Source: Candidatus Daviesbacteria bacterium (lineage in GTDB: Bacteria > Patescibacteriota > Microgenomatia > Daviesbacterales > UBA10151). Taken from it: a stretch of 64,000 bases of DNA. The notes beneath the pieces are model-generated. The model worked only from the letters and a program-made list of their open reading frames with translations. It did no database searches and had not been told where the DNA came from. Position 1 is the stretch's first letter. Every line of letters starts with the position of its first letter. Positions 27,671 through 36,114 of the stretch are shown here, one piece after another. The DNA is taken from assembly GCA_030699125.1 (NCBI GenBank), contig JAUYKM010000012.1, forward strand, positions 11,159-75,158, given 5' to 3'. The translations under genes were made by a program, and so were the position numbers.

Positions 27671-30016
27671 ATGGAAGTTACTCAAACACAAACTGGATTG
27701 GATTTTGTTTCGCTACTGATGATAATGGTGGCAGCCACAGCCTTAATTCTTCTCTCTATTGGCTTAATACTTTTTTTCCGTAAATTCTTAATAGGTTTTT
27801 TCAAATACAGACAAAGAGAAAAATCTTCTTTGCAGTTTGTACTGTTACAAATTAAAGTCCCCAGAGGCAATGAAATCAAAATTGATGCGGCAGAGCAGCT
27901 TTTTGCCACCTTTGCTTCTCTTAGAAAATCCGGCGGCATGCTCTCGTTTTTGGAGCCTCAACCTCATCTATCTTTTGAAATTGTAGCTGTTCATGAATCC
28001 ATCAGATTTTTTGTTTCCTGTCACATAAGCCATCAGGATCTTTTGGAAAAGCAGATTAACGGAGCCTATCCTGATGCGGAGGTCAAAGAGGTGCCGGAAT
28101 ATAATATTTTTTCGGAAACAGGTGAGACTGCCTATGCGCTTTTAAAACTTAAAAACGCAGATTATTTTCCCATAAAAACTTTCCGGGATCTGCCAACAGA
28201 TCCTTTATCTGCCATTACCTCAGCTTTGGCCAAGATGCAGCCGGGTGAGGGAGCGGCAGTGCAGCTGATGATCTCTCCCTCCGATGATAAGTGGAGAGAT
28301 CTGGGAAAGAAATGGTTAAAAAATGAAAAAGATCCTGGTAAGAGCGATAACCCTAAGCCTCCGCCTGATGCCAAACAACTGGAGGCAGTGGAGGGGAAAA
28401 CTTCCCGCGCTGGATTTAATGCAGCTGTCAGAATTGTAGTTTCTTCCACCACATCTTTGAGTGCCAAAGCTCACCTAACCAACATCAAAGCTACTTTTGA
28501 GCAATTTTCTGGGCCATACAATGGATTTTCCGGTGCCAAGATTTATTCTGAGAAAGGCTTTATGACTGATTTTATCTACCGTTATATGCCCAAATTTAGC
28601 AAGCCTGCGGTCTTAACTGCTGATGAGCTTTCTTCTATTTTTCATTTTCCCAACAAATCAGTGGAAACTCCATACGTGGACTGGCTCTCTTCCAAAAGAG
28701 CCCCGGCTCCGGAAAAAATCCCCACTTCAGGACTTTACCTGGGTAAATCTGTTTTTCGAGGAGTAGAAAGGCCGGTCTATCTTTCCGAAGATGACAGAAG
28801 AAGACATATGTATGTGATTGGCAGAACCGGCACCGGCAAAACCGAGTTTTTAAAAACCTTAATGCTGCAGGATATTTTGGCTGGCAAAGGCTTATGTTTT
28901 ATTGATCCGCACGGAGATGCAGCAGAGGAGATCCTGCAGCTGATTCCCCCTGAAAGAGCAGAAGATGTGATCTATTTTGATCCTTCGGATACTGCCCGCC
29001 CTTTTGGTTTAAACATGCTGGAAGCCTATACTGAAGAGCAGAAACACTTTGTGGTCTCATCCATCATTGGGCTGATGTATAAGCTGTTTGATCCCAACAA
29101 AACCGGTATTATCGGTCCCAGATTTGAACACGGGGTGAGAAATGCCATGCTCACTGCTATGTCCGCTGAGGGTGCTACTTTTGTGGAAGTAATGCGTATT
29201 ATGACTGATGCTGCTTTTGTGCAGGAGCTGTTGCCTAAAGTCAGCGATCCGGTGGTTCGCCGCTACTGGACAGACCAGATTGCCCAAACTACTGACTTTC
29301 ACAAATCCGAGGTGCTGGATTACACTGTCTCCAAATTCGGCAGATTTGTGACCAATAGAATGATGAGAAATATTATTGGTCAGTCAAAGTCAGCTTTTGA
29401 TTTAAGGAAAGTAATGGATGAAGGGAAAATCCTGATTATGAATTTGTCCAAAGGTAGATTGGGCGAGGAAAACTCCAACTTTTTAGGCTTAATTCTGGTT
29501 CCTAAAATTCTGGCAGCTGCCATGAGCCGTTCCAACGTGCCGGAGGCCCAAAGAAAAGATTTTTATCTCTACGTTGATGAGTTTCAAAATTTTGCCACTG
29601 ATACTTTTGCCGATATTTTATCTGAGGCTCGTAAATATAGACTTAATTTAATTGTGGCCAATCAGTTTATTGGCCAGATTGGCGAGGATTTAAAAAATGC
29701 GGTATTTGGCAATGTGGGTACTTTGGTAGCATTCAGGGTAGGGGTGACAGATGCCAATTACCTGCAACATGAGTTTTCTCCGGTATTCTCAGAGGCGGAT
29801 CTGGTCAATGTGGAATCACCCCATGCCTACATTAAGACCATAGTTAAAGGAGAACCGGTGGTGCCGTTTTCTTTAGATACTACCAAGGATATGAATAAGT
29901 GGAGAGCTTTGCTTAAGCCTCAGGTAGGTCAAGCTATTAAAGAATTATCCAGATTAAAATATGGTAAGGATGCTCAGGTAGTGGAAGCAGATATTGTCCA
30001 GAGAGCAAGATTGTAG
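27671..30016 (+). CDS. TraD/VirD4-like (DUF87, type IV coupling) ATPase with N-terminal TM
   Basis: HMYVIGRTGTGKT, IDPHGD, LYVDEFQNF, SEARKY, ANQ. Confidence 0.88.
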   Translation: MEVTQTQTGLDFVSLLMIMVAATALILLSIGLILFFRKFLIGFFKYRQREKSSLQFVLLQIKVPRGNEIKIDAAEQLFATFASLRKSGGMLSFLEPQPHLSFEIVAVHESIRFFVSCHISHQDLLEKQINGAYPDAEVKEVPEYNIFSETGETAYALLKLKNADYFPIKTFRDLPTDPLSAITSALAKMQPGEGAAVQLMISPSDDKWRDLGKKWLKNEKDPGKSDNPKPPPDAKQLEAVEGKTSRAGFNAAVRIVVSSTTSLSAKAHLTNIKATFEQFSGPYNGFSGAKIYSEKGFMTDFIYRYMPKFSKPAVLTADELSSIFHFPNKSVETPYVDWLSSKRAPAPEKIPTSGLYLGKSVFRGVERPVYLSEDDRRRHMYVIGRTGTGKTEFLKTLMLQDILAGKGLCFIDPHGDAAEEILQLIPPERAEDVIYFDPSDTARPFGLNMLEAYTEEQKHFVVSSIIGLMYKLFDPNKTGIIGPRFEHGVRNAMLTAMSAEGATFVEVMRIMTDAAFVQELLPKVSDPVVRRYWTDQIAQTTDFHKSEVLDYTVSKFGRFVTNRMMRNIIGQSKSAFDLRKVMDEGKILIMNLSKGRLGEENSNFLGLILVPKILAAAMSRSNVPEAQRKDFYLYVDEFQNFATDTFADILSEARKYRLNLIVANQFIGQIGEDLKNAVFGNVGTLVAFRVGVTDANYLQHEFSPVFSEADLVNVESPHAYIKTIVKGEPVVPFSLDTTKDMNKWRALLKPQVGQAIKELSRLKYGKDAQVVEADIVQRARL

Positions 30017-30020
30017 AGAG

Positions 30021-30091
30021 TAGGCCCGGAAGGAATCGAACCCTCGTAAAGTGTGTATAAGACACTCGCTCTACCATTGAGCTACGGGCCT
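30021..30091 (-). tRNA. tRNA-Ile (anticodon UAU)
   Basis: AGGCCCG acceptor stem, D arm, anticodon arm AGTGT-CTTATAC-ACACT, GAGGG-TTCGATT-CCTTC T arm; CCA not encoded. Confidence 0.9.
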
Positions 30092-30132
30092 GTAGGTGGA
30101 ATTATACCAAAACTTGACCCGCGGTTCTTCCT

Positions 30133-30996
30133 TTAAAGCTCTTCCAGCTTTACCTTAGATTCTCCGTTTTGGTTTTGGACAAATTGGAGGTAGCGTTCAG
30201 TGGTGGATAGTCTTTTGTGCCCGGCCAGCTTGGACACCATGGTTAAGGGAACTCCTGCTTGCAGCTGGTGAGCCACCCAGGTGTGTCTTAAATCATTAAC
30301 TTTAGCTTCCTTGATGCCGGCAATTCTAAAATATCTATCAATTGCTGTCCTGATATTTCTGATCAGTAGGGGTCTGCCGGTTTTGGTGATAAAAAGAGCA
30401 TGTGAGGGGGTTTTGGGACGCACTTCCAGATATTTAGTTATGGCATCAGCTGCAGCTCTATTTAAAGGAATAGTTCTTTCATTTGAGCCTTCAAATTTAG
30501 GCACAGATAAGTTGCCACCATCCAAATTGATGTCTTCAACTCGCAGTTGGGCTAGTTCCCCAATCCTAATGCCGCTTTGCAGTAAAAGCTCAATTACAGC
30601 CAGCATTCTGGTATCAGATCTGGCAGCATCTCTTAAAGCTCTATATTCGAGCTTGGTGAGAATCCTGGGGGGTTTGTTTTCAAATTTCGGATGCTCCAAA
30701 GAATTGGCCGGATCCTCTGTTATATAGCCTTGAGCTTTTAAGAACTTGAAAAAAGTTTTAGTGGAATTGGTTTTTCGAGAGATAGATTTGGCAGTATAGG
30801 TCTCTTTGGATAGTTTTTCCATAAAGGATTGGAGATCTTCCAGACTGACTTGAGCCACATCATTTTTACCGGCAGCTTTGAGATACTCATTCAGTTGCTC
30901 AATATCCTTGCCATAAGCTAAGATAGTAGCTGAGGATCTTGATTTTTCCTTAAGATGGGCAAGAAATTGTTTATGGGCATCCTCTAAATTAGCCAT
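30133..30996 (-). CDS. XerC/XerD-family tyrosine recombinase
   Basis: SAM-like N-terminal domain, GIRIGEL, NDLRHT, LAGH...TT.RY. Confidence 0.9.
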   Translation of the reverse strand: MANLEDAHKQFLAHLKEKSRSSATILAYGKDIEQLNEYLKAAGKNDVAQVSLEDLQSFMEKLSKETYTAKSISRKTNSTKTFFKFLKAQGYITEDPANSLEHPKFENKPPRILTKLEYRALRDAARSDTRMLAVIELLLQSGIRIGELAQLRVEDINLDGGNLSVPKFEGSNERTIPLNRAAADAITKYLEVRPKTPSHALFITKTGRPLLIRNIRTAIDRYFRIAGIKEAKVNDLRHTWVAHQLQAGVPLTMVSKLAGHKRLSTTERYLQFVQNQNGESKVKLEEL

Positions 30997-31044
30997 ATGG
31001 CTGATATTTTAAGTTTATAGGATAGAATTGTCAAGAGTTAAGTT

Positions 31045-31398
31045 ATGAGAAGAAAAACTGTTATTGTATTAATAATTATAATTCTAAGCGCAATTTTCTA
31101 TTATTTGATCAGTCAGATTGTAGGCGCTTTAAAATCTTCAGATAGATTGAGCCAGGCAGCAGATCAAGTTTATCAGCTGGAGGCAAAAAACAGACAATTG
31201 AAAGAGGAGTTAAAAAAGATTCAATCTCCTGAATATATTGAAGAACAGTTAAGAGATAAACTGGGGCTATCCAAAAAAGGCGAGACAGTGGTGGTTATTC
31301 CGGAGAAAAAAATCAAAGAGGTTTTGGGGGCCTCAGAATCCTCTCAAGAAGTCAGATTACCCAATTGGTTGGGGTGGCTGAGAGTATTCTTTAGATAA
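31045..31398 (+). CDS. Septum formation initiator (FtsB/DivIC) family
   Basis: TM, coiled coil, EYIEEQLRDKLGLSKKGE. Confidence 0.85.
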   Translation: MRRKTVIVLIIIILSAIFYYLISQIVGALKSSDRLSQAADQVYQLEAKNRQLKEELKKIQSPEYIEEQLRDKLGLSKKGETVVVIPEKKIKEVLGASESSQEVRLPNWLGWLRVFFR

Positions 31399-31408
31399 TT
31401 TGTGTCTG

Positions 31409-31447
31409 CACTGAGCGAGTCCCGATTTATCGGGACGAGTCGAAGTG
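31409..31447. repeat. CTGAG...TCGAAG palindromic element with nested CCCGATTTATCGGG hairpin
   Basis: Related copies at 24475-24500, 34417-34437 and 46099-46119. Confidence 0.7.
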
Positions 31448-31473
31448 TTACGGGAAACTGTTAGAAACTATTT
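31446..31473 (+). repeat. att-like repeat (GTT.CGGG...TGTTAGAA.), copy 1
   Basis: Similar to 32052-32087 and 32534-32570. Confidence 0.6.
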
Positions 31474-31743
31474 CTTTCTATAGACCTCATCATGGGTACC
31501 TATTTTGAAGAAATAGATAGTCTCATTTTCTTTATATAACATTCGATAGCTCTTATCAATAGAAATACTCCATATGCTTAAGTTATCACGTCTTTTGATT
31601 TTATGAAGACGGAGTGATTTACTGCGGGAATTGTTTATGAATAAATATAATTGTTTCTGAATTCTGTTGTATAAACTCACATTCTGACGTTGAATTTCCT
31701 TTAGTTTTTTATCTACATCAGGACTAAATTTAAGAGGTTTCAC
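31468..31743 (-). CDS. RelE/ParE-like toxin
   Basis: SLRLHKI...WSISIDKSYRMLY...IGTHDEVY. Confidence 0.85.
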   Translation of the reverse strand: MKPLKFSPDVDKKLKEIQRQNVSLYNRIQKQLYLFINNSRSKSLRLHKIKRRDNLSIWSISIDKSYRMLYKENETIYFFKIGTHDEVYRKK

Positions 31744-32003
31744 AGATTCTTAAAGAATTTATCCAATTCTTCTTTACTAGTGATTGTGATAGCTTTATCT
31801 TTTTCCTTTAAGGCTTTTTTTAAGGCTCGTTCAGATTTATCAGAGAGCTCGAAAGTAGGGTAATCCATATCTTCTACGTCTTTTAACATTAGATGTTTAA
31901 TATAGCCTGCCAAAGGCATGCCGAATTTGTCGGCTTTGCTTTCCAGATAATCTTTGAGAGCTAGAGGTAAATTTAATTTAATTTGTGCCTGTTGAGTAAT
32001 CAT
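31740..32003 (-). CDS. Cognate antitoxin (RHH-like)
   Basis: Overlaps the toxin start; IKLNLPLALKDYLESKA..GMPLAGYIKHL. Confidence 0.75.
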   Translation of the reverse strand: MITQQAQIKLNLPLALKDYLESKADKFGMPLAGYIKHLMLKDVEDMDYPTFELSDKSERALKKALKEKDKAITITSKEELDKFFKNL

Positions 32004-32051
32004 AAAGCTAGTATATCACCAATTTCAGGACTTTTCAAGGACTAAAATATA

Positions 32052-32087
32052 ATGTTGCGGGGATGGAATGATGTTAGAATTTATTTT
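32052..32087 (+). repeat. att-like repeat, copy 2
   Basis: atgttgcgggg is the exact reverse complement of the tRNA end region ccccgcaacat (34610-34620), followed by atggaatgatgttagaa. Confidence 0.75.
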
Positions 32088-32458
32088 GCTTCTTCCCGTG
32101 CATAAATTACATCTGTCTGCGGAACAATGTGTGAAAGCTCAACTCCTTCTTGAAGTTCTTGTATGTTTATTAATCTAAAATCAAAATCCACATCCGCTGA
32201 TGTTTCTATACTTTGCAACACTTCCATCTCGGCTTGGTACACAGGATTCCTGTACATCATATCAAACGGTGGTGCGGATATAACAGTTAACAGACGGCGA
32301 CCTTCGCCTTCAAGAGATTTAGTATCGTAGACTGCCTGAACTTGTGGTAAATCTTTAACACGACTTATAAATGCACTTCTAACAGCTTCTGGAATTTGTG
32401 GATTTGGAAATTCAACCATAGACAGCAAGATTGTAGTTTCTTGTACGCTATATGTCAA
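32081..32458 (-). CDS. Hypothetical protein (possibly minimal nucleotidyltransferase-like)
   Basis: 125-aa ORF; weak fold resemblance only. Confidence 0.55.
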   Translation of the reverse strand: MTYSVQETTILLSMVEFPNPQIPEAVRSAFISRVKDLPQVQAVYDTKSLEGEGRRLLTVISAPPFDMMYRNPVYQAEMEVLQSIETSADVDFDFRLINIQELQEGVELSHIVPQTDVIYAREEAK

Positions 32459-32533
32459 TTAGCTTGTCCTAACAATCTAAACTACCACTGTGTCCCATAC
32501 CATACGGTATAGGACCATGAACTGTATGGTTCG

Positions 32534-32570
32534 TGGTTGCGGAGTGGGATGATGTTAGAAACTATTATTT
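32534..32570 (+). repeat. att-like repeat, copy 3
   Basis: tggttgcggag (reverse complement ctccgcaacca, tRNA-fMet end plus CCA) followed by tgggatgatgttagaaacta. Confidence 0.75.
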
Positions 32571-32582
32571 TAACCGTTAACC

Positions 32583-33428
32583 TTATTGGTGGATTATCGT
32601 ACCGCCATTAAAGATTTGAATATCATCTAGTGAGACTACTATAGATCGCCACCCTGTTCCTGGATCATTAATAAAGTAAGTACCAGGTTTTACTCTAAAA
32701 TTATATGCTCCAGCTAAATCGGTTTTCGTAGTTTGAACAATAGTTTTTTTATCCTCCGAATACAAAGTTACAGGAAAATTAGTCAGCGTACCTGAATTAG
32801 AAAAAGTATTATTTTTCTCTACTTGAGAAAACATTTGACCAGTGATATCGCCAGTTGTAATAGGAGAGTTGGTAATAGAAGAGGCAATAAGTTGAAAGTT
32901 TGGATCATCCTCTGTCGTAGCTTGGGAAGCGTAGATTATGTAAGCAGCTTTCTCTGAATCCTCAAGATATAATATTTGAGTAGGTGATCCAGCACCGCCT
33001 CCACGAGATTTCACAAGAATTGCGTGTGTATTAATAATTTTAAACTCTGGTTGATCGTTAGCTGTTTGGTTTAATCGTTTTACATAGTTAGAAAATGATT
33101 CCTCCCGCTGCCTTTCAAAAGGATTTTGATCAAGCCAGTATTTAGCAAGGGTCACTGTATATCCAGTTCCTGCAGGACGACAATCATCCTTGAGACATTC
33201 TACATTGATAAATCCGTTACGATCATCATCGATATACCAACCCTCAGGAAGATTAAGGATAAAACCTAATGTTGTATTTATGTGTTGATTTTTCGGCTGG
33301 GATGGAGAAGTTGTAGAAGGGACTGTTTGGGATTCATTTAAATTAATTTTCCCAGAATAGACTAAATATCCACCAATTGCTGCAGCTACTAGCAGAACTA
33401 TTAAAAATGCATGTCCTTTTTGATTCAC
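32583..33428 (-). CDS. Membrane-anchored surface protein (pilin-like N-terminus, PsbP-like and Ig-like parts)
   Basis: NQKG..F hydrophobic N-terminus; LGFILNLPEGW; TKTDLAGAYNFRVKPGTY. Confidence 0.6.
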   Translation of the reverse strand: MNQKGHAFLIVLLVAAAIGGYLVYSGKINLNESQTVPSTTSPSQPKNQHINTTLGFILNLPEGWYIDDDRNGFINVECLKDDCRPAGTGYTVTLAKYWLDQNPFERQREESFSNYVKRLNQTANDQPEFKIINTHAILVKSRGGGAGSPTQILYLEDSEKAAYIIYASQATTEDDPNFQLIASSITNSPITTGDITGQMFSQVEKNNTFSNSGTLTNFPVTLYSEDKKTIVQTTKTDLAGAYNFRVKPGTYFINDPGTGWRSIVVSLDDIQIFNGGTIIHQ

Positions 33429-33513
33429 AAATTCAGTTTAACACTTTTGGATTAAAGGTTCTAACCATATCATCTAGTTGCTTAAATTTGAGGCTAGATG
33501 TATAATTTGCGGA

Positions 33514-34194
33514 TTAGATAGCTCTGCTTAATCCACTTATCCAGCCCCTAGTTTTATTGAGTAATTCACTACTCCTCCTCACCCTTACCCTTAAAATTCC
33601 ATAATAATCACCTCTATTAGAATAATCTCTAAGCCAAGTAGAACGATGATAGAAAGGTTTTTCAAATTGACCCAAAGGAATACCTGTTAATTTAACCCAG
33701 AATGATTTAATCTTCTCCGTTCGATCCTTATGTGTTTCATTAAACTCAGTACGTAGAATAAAATCTTCTCTTTTAACTTTCAATGCTTTTTCAAACCACT
33801 TAATAATAAATTTGATCATTTTAGGATCAGAATTACAAAATCCTAACCTACCTTCTTTAACACTTTTAAATCCTTCAGCCCAATAAAGCGCCAGACCTGT
33901 AAGAAAAAGTTCTTGTTCAGATAGAGATTTAATTTCAGCAATAGCTTCTTTTAAAATTTTTTTAACCCTTAATACTTTTTCCAGATGGCTTCTTCTTGCC
34001 AAACGTCTTAAATGTCTAACTCTTACTTTTCTTCTCTTTAGATTCTCTTTTTGCTTTTCTGTTAATTTAACTTCTTTACTCCATACAGCTACAATACTAA
34101 CACTTACTCCTAAAAGTTTTGCTATCTTTTTAATACTTTTACCAGTTTTTCTTAAAGCTATAGCCTTTTCGTATTCAATCTGTTTACGTTTCAT
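33514..34194 (-). CDS. HTH protein with LAGLIDADG-like motif (putative endonuclease/regulator)
   Basis: AIALRKTGKSIKKIAKLLGVS HTH; LTGLALYWAEG...FCNSDP; very basic. Confidence 0.6.
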   Translation of the reverse strand: MKRKQIEYEKAIALRKTGKSIKKIAKLLGVSVSIVAVWSKEVKLTEKQKENLKRRKVRVRHLRRLARRSHLEKVLRVKKILKEAIAEIKSLSEQELFLTGLALYWAEGFKSVKEGRLGFCNSDPKMIKFIIKWFEKALKVKREDFILRTEFNETHKDRTEKIKSFWVKLTGIPLGQFEKPFYHRSTWLRDYSNRGDYYGILRVRVRRSSELLNKTRGWISGLSRAI

Positions 34195-34262
34195 TGTACT
34201 TATTGATTATTGGGATGTATATCTATACTACAATCATTGTATTAATCTGTCAAGTATTTTAA

Positions 34263-34291
34263 TTGACATGCTGTCTCAAGAAAGCTACAAT
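34263..34291 (+). promoter_or_regulatory. Sigma70 promoter of the intron-containing tRNA
   Basis: TTGACA-17 nt-TACAAT, 6 nt upstream of the tRNA. Confidence 0.8.
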
Positions 34292-34297
34292 ATCGAA

Positions 34298-34617
34298 CGC
34301 GGGGAAGTGTAACGGCTGCACACGAGGCTCAATTTGGGCCCTCTAGTAGGTAACTATTAGAGAGAATCCAGCTCATAACGGTGAAAGGTCGGAATTTCGA
34401 CTCAATACCGTGGGAAGTCCTGAGTTTATCGAAGGACCCTGTAACGACTTAATAGCGAAGCTATCAAGCTTTGCTTATATTTCAGGTACCAGATAATCTG
34501 GATTTAAACTGAAATTATACGCTGGAGTCCGTAGTACTACGGACATGGTATAGTCTAATCTTTTGTTAACAAAAGAGCATAATCTTGAGGCAGCGGGTTC
34601 GACTCCCGCCCCCGCAA
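34298..34617 (+). tRNA. tRNA-Met (CAU), initiator-like, split by a group I intron (exons 34298-34329 and 34578-34617)
   Basis: Joined exons give CGCGGGG...CGAGG-CT^CATAA-TCTTG-AGGCA-GCGGG-TTCGACT-CCCGC-CCCCGCA-A; C1:A72 mismatch. Confidence 0.88.
34330..34577 (+). ncRNA. Group I self-splicing intron (IA-like, no ORF), 248 nt
   Basis: Follows exon U33 and ends in G. P1 GGCU/GGCC with U-G, P2 34341-34362, P3 tccagc/gctgga, P4 acggt/accgt, P7 gact/agtc with gtaacgact and atggtatagtct, P8 and P9 hairpins, extra helices between P7 and P3. Confidence 0.88.
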
Positions 34618-34642
34618 CATGATTCTCTGTTAAAATAGCTTC

Positions 34643-34894
34643 ATGTGGTTTGTTTATGTGCTTTTGTGTAAAGATGGAACTTTTTATACCGGATCCACTA
34701 ATAATTTAGAAAAAAGATTTTCCGAACACAAAAATGGGAAAGGCGGTCATTATACCAGGTCTCACAAACCAATTAAAATAATGTATTCGGAACAACTACC
34801 GACTAAGTCAGCAGCCTTAAAGAGGGAAATAGAAATAAAAAAATGGAGGAGGAGTAAAAAGATACAAGCTCTAAATCTGATCAAATCCCCTTAA
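34643..34894 (+). CDS. Small GIY-YIG nuclease (UPF0213-like)
   Basis: FVYVLLC.DGTFYTGST..L.KRF.EH...G..YT. Confidence 0.9.
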   Translation: MWFVYVLLCKDGTFYTGSTNNLEKRFSEHKNGKGGHYTRSHKPIKIMYSEQLPTKSAALKREIEIKKWRRSKKIQALNLIKSP

Positions 34895-34949
34895 TCCATT
34901 TGACAAATTGCCTGACTCTCAGACATGATAAGAATAAGGAATATTTCGG

Positions 34950-35345
34950 ATGAATAATCTTTTTCATAGAATTGCCATGAGAGTATCCAATATAGCAGGC
35001 TCGCCGCTCACTTTTATCTCCGCTTTTTTAATTATAGTTCTTTGGGCCTCCACCGGGTCATTATTTAACTTCTCAGATACCTGGCAGCTTGTTATTAATA
35101 CTTCCACCACCATTGTGACATTTTTAATGGTATTTTTGATTCAAAATACTCAAAATAGAGATTCCAAAGCCATCCATTTAAAGCTGGATGAACTATTAAG
35201 AGGGGTGAAAGGAGCGAGAACCGGCATGGTGGATGTGGAAGAATTGTCAGATGAGGATTTGGAAAAACTACACGAGGAATTTAGGGGCATGCATGAAAAA
35301 TATGCCAAGGAACTTCAAAGAAGAGGCAAAAAAATTGGCAGCTAA
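34950..35345 (+). CDS. Low-affinity iron permease family protein
   Basis: FSDTWQLVINTSTTIVTFLMVFLIQNTQNRD..AIHLKLDEL. Confidence 0.92.
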   Translation: MNNLFHRIAMRVSNIAGSPLTFISAFLIIVLWASTGSLFNFSDTWQLVINTSTTIVTFLMVFLIQNTQNRDSKAIHLKLDELLRGVKGARTGMVDVEELSDEDLEKLHEEFRGMHEKYAKELQRRGKKIGS

Positions 35346-35367
35346 AATTAAGATTTCTTGACATAGG

Positions 35368-35976
35368 ATGCCTTTTATACATATGATTAAGTTAATGTCC
35401 AGAAAAAATAATCAGGCAGGAGTTATCAATCCCCTTACAGTTTTCATAGTAGTGATCTTGGCAGGAATTTTAGTCTCTGCTAATATCCCCATTTCCAGAG
35501 AGTATATGGATGGCAAAAGTGGAGTGATGGGAGAGCATACTTCCAAAGGATTTCCCAGAGTGATTATGGATGGGGGGCAGAAAGGCTTTATCGTCAGCAC
35601 TGATGGAGCCGTAACAGATTTCCCCCTCACAGTTGATGAGGAAACAGGTACTTTGACTGTCACAACGCCGGCAGGTGAAAAAGTGGTAGCTGTTTTACCG
35701 GATGCAGCCATCAAAAATATGCTCTCCGCCAAAGTGATGAGTTATGTGACATCAGTTCCGGTAGAGGGGGAATTGGCCAGCACGGAAAAATTGATTAAAT
35801 TAGTGGAACAGGATGGGACACTTATCTATGAGATAGATGGAATAAAAGAACATAAACTCCTTGGATTGATTCCCCTCAAATCTAAAGTGAAAGCTTTTGT
35901 TTCAGCTGAAAATGGGCAAGTAGTAAGAAGCGAGACATCTCTTCTGGGTAGAATCCTCAATAGAATTGCTCCCTAA
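35368..35976 (+). CDS. Exported hypothetical protein (paralog of 60816-61736)
   Basis: TM segment; FPLTVD..T..L..T...GEK..AVLP..A..NML and KLLGLIP...VSAENG shared with the paralog. Confidence 0.7.
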   Translation: MPFIHMIKLMSRKNNQAGVINPLTVFIVVILAGILVSANIPISREYMDGKSGVMGEHTSKGFPRVIMDGGQKGFIVSTDGAVTDFPLTVDEETGTLTVTTPAGEKVVAVLPDAAIKNMLSAKVMSYVTSVPVEGELASTEKLIKLVEQDGTLIYEIDGIKEHKLLGLIPLKSKVKAFVSAENGQVVRSETSLLGRILNRIAP

Positions 35977-36003
35977 GGTTTTTTCTAGTACAATTGAGCG
36001 TAC

Positions 36004-36074
36004 GGCAGTGTAGCTTAACGGCAAAGCGGTGCCCTCATAAAGCACGGATAGAGGTCCGACTCCTCTCATTGCCA
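36004..36074 (+). tRNA. tRNA-Met (CAU), probably elongator
   Basis: GGCAGTG/CATTGCC acceptor stem, anticodon loop CTCATAA, AGAGG-TCCGACT-CCTCT T arm. Confidence 0.82.
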
Positions 36075-36114
36075 CAAAGTAAGTGAAAAGTGTAAAGTTA
36101 AAAGTGCAAAGTCT

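Noticed and set aside
27671-30016. TraD/VirD4-like ATPase as evidence of a conjugative element
   Set aside because: There is no relaxase, VirB4 or mating-pair gene nearby, and such ATPases are common chromosomal genes in CPR.
30021-30996. Tyrosine recombinase beside tRNA-Ile as a prophage or island integrase
   Set aside because: It is a short XerC/D-type protein flanked by housekeeping genes, and I found no duplicated tRNA-Ile end.
31446-32570. GTTAGAA repeats as integron attC sites
   Set aside because: There is no paired RYYYAAC...GTTRRRY palindrome with L boxes, and the nearby tyrosine recombinase looks like a Xer protein without an evident IntI insertion.
34371-34379. GCTCATAAC inside the intron as the true anticodon loop
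   Set aside because: It has no flanking anticodon stem or T arm and lies in the P3-P4 core; the cloverleaf completes only at 34578-34617.
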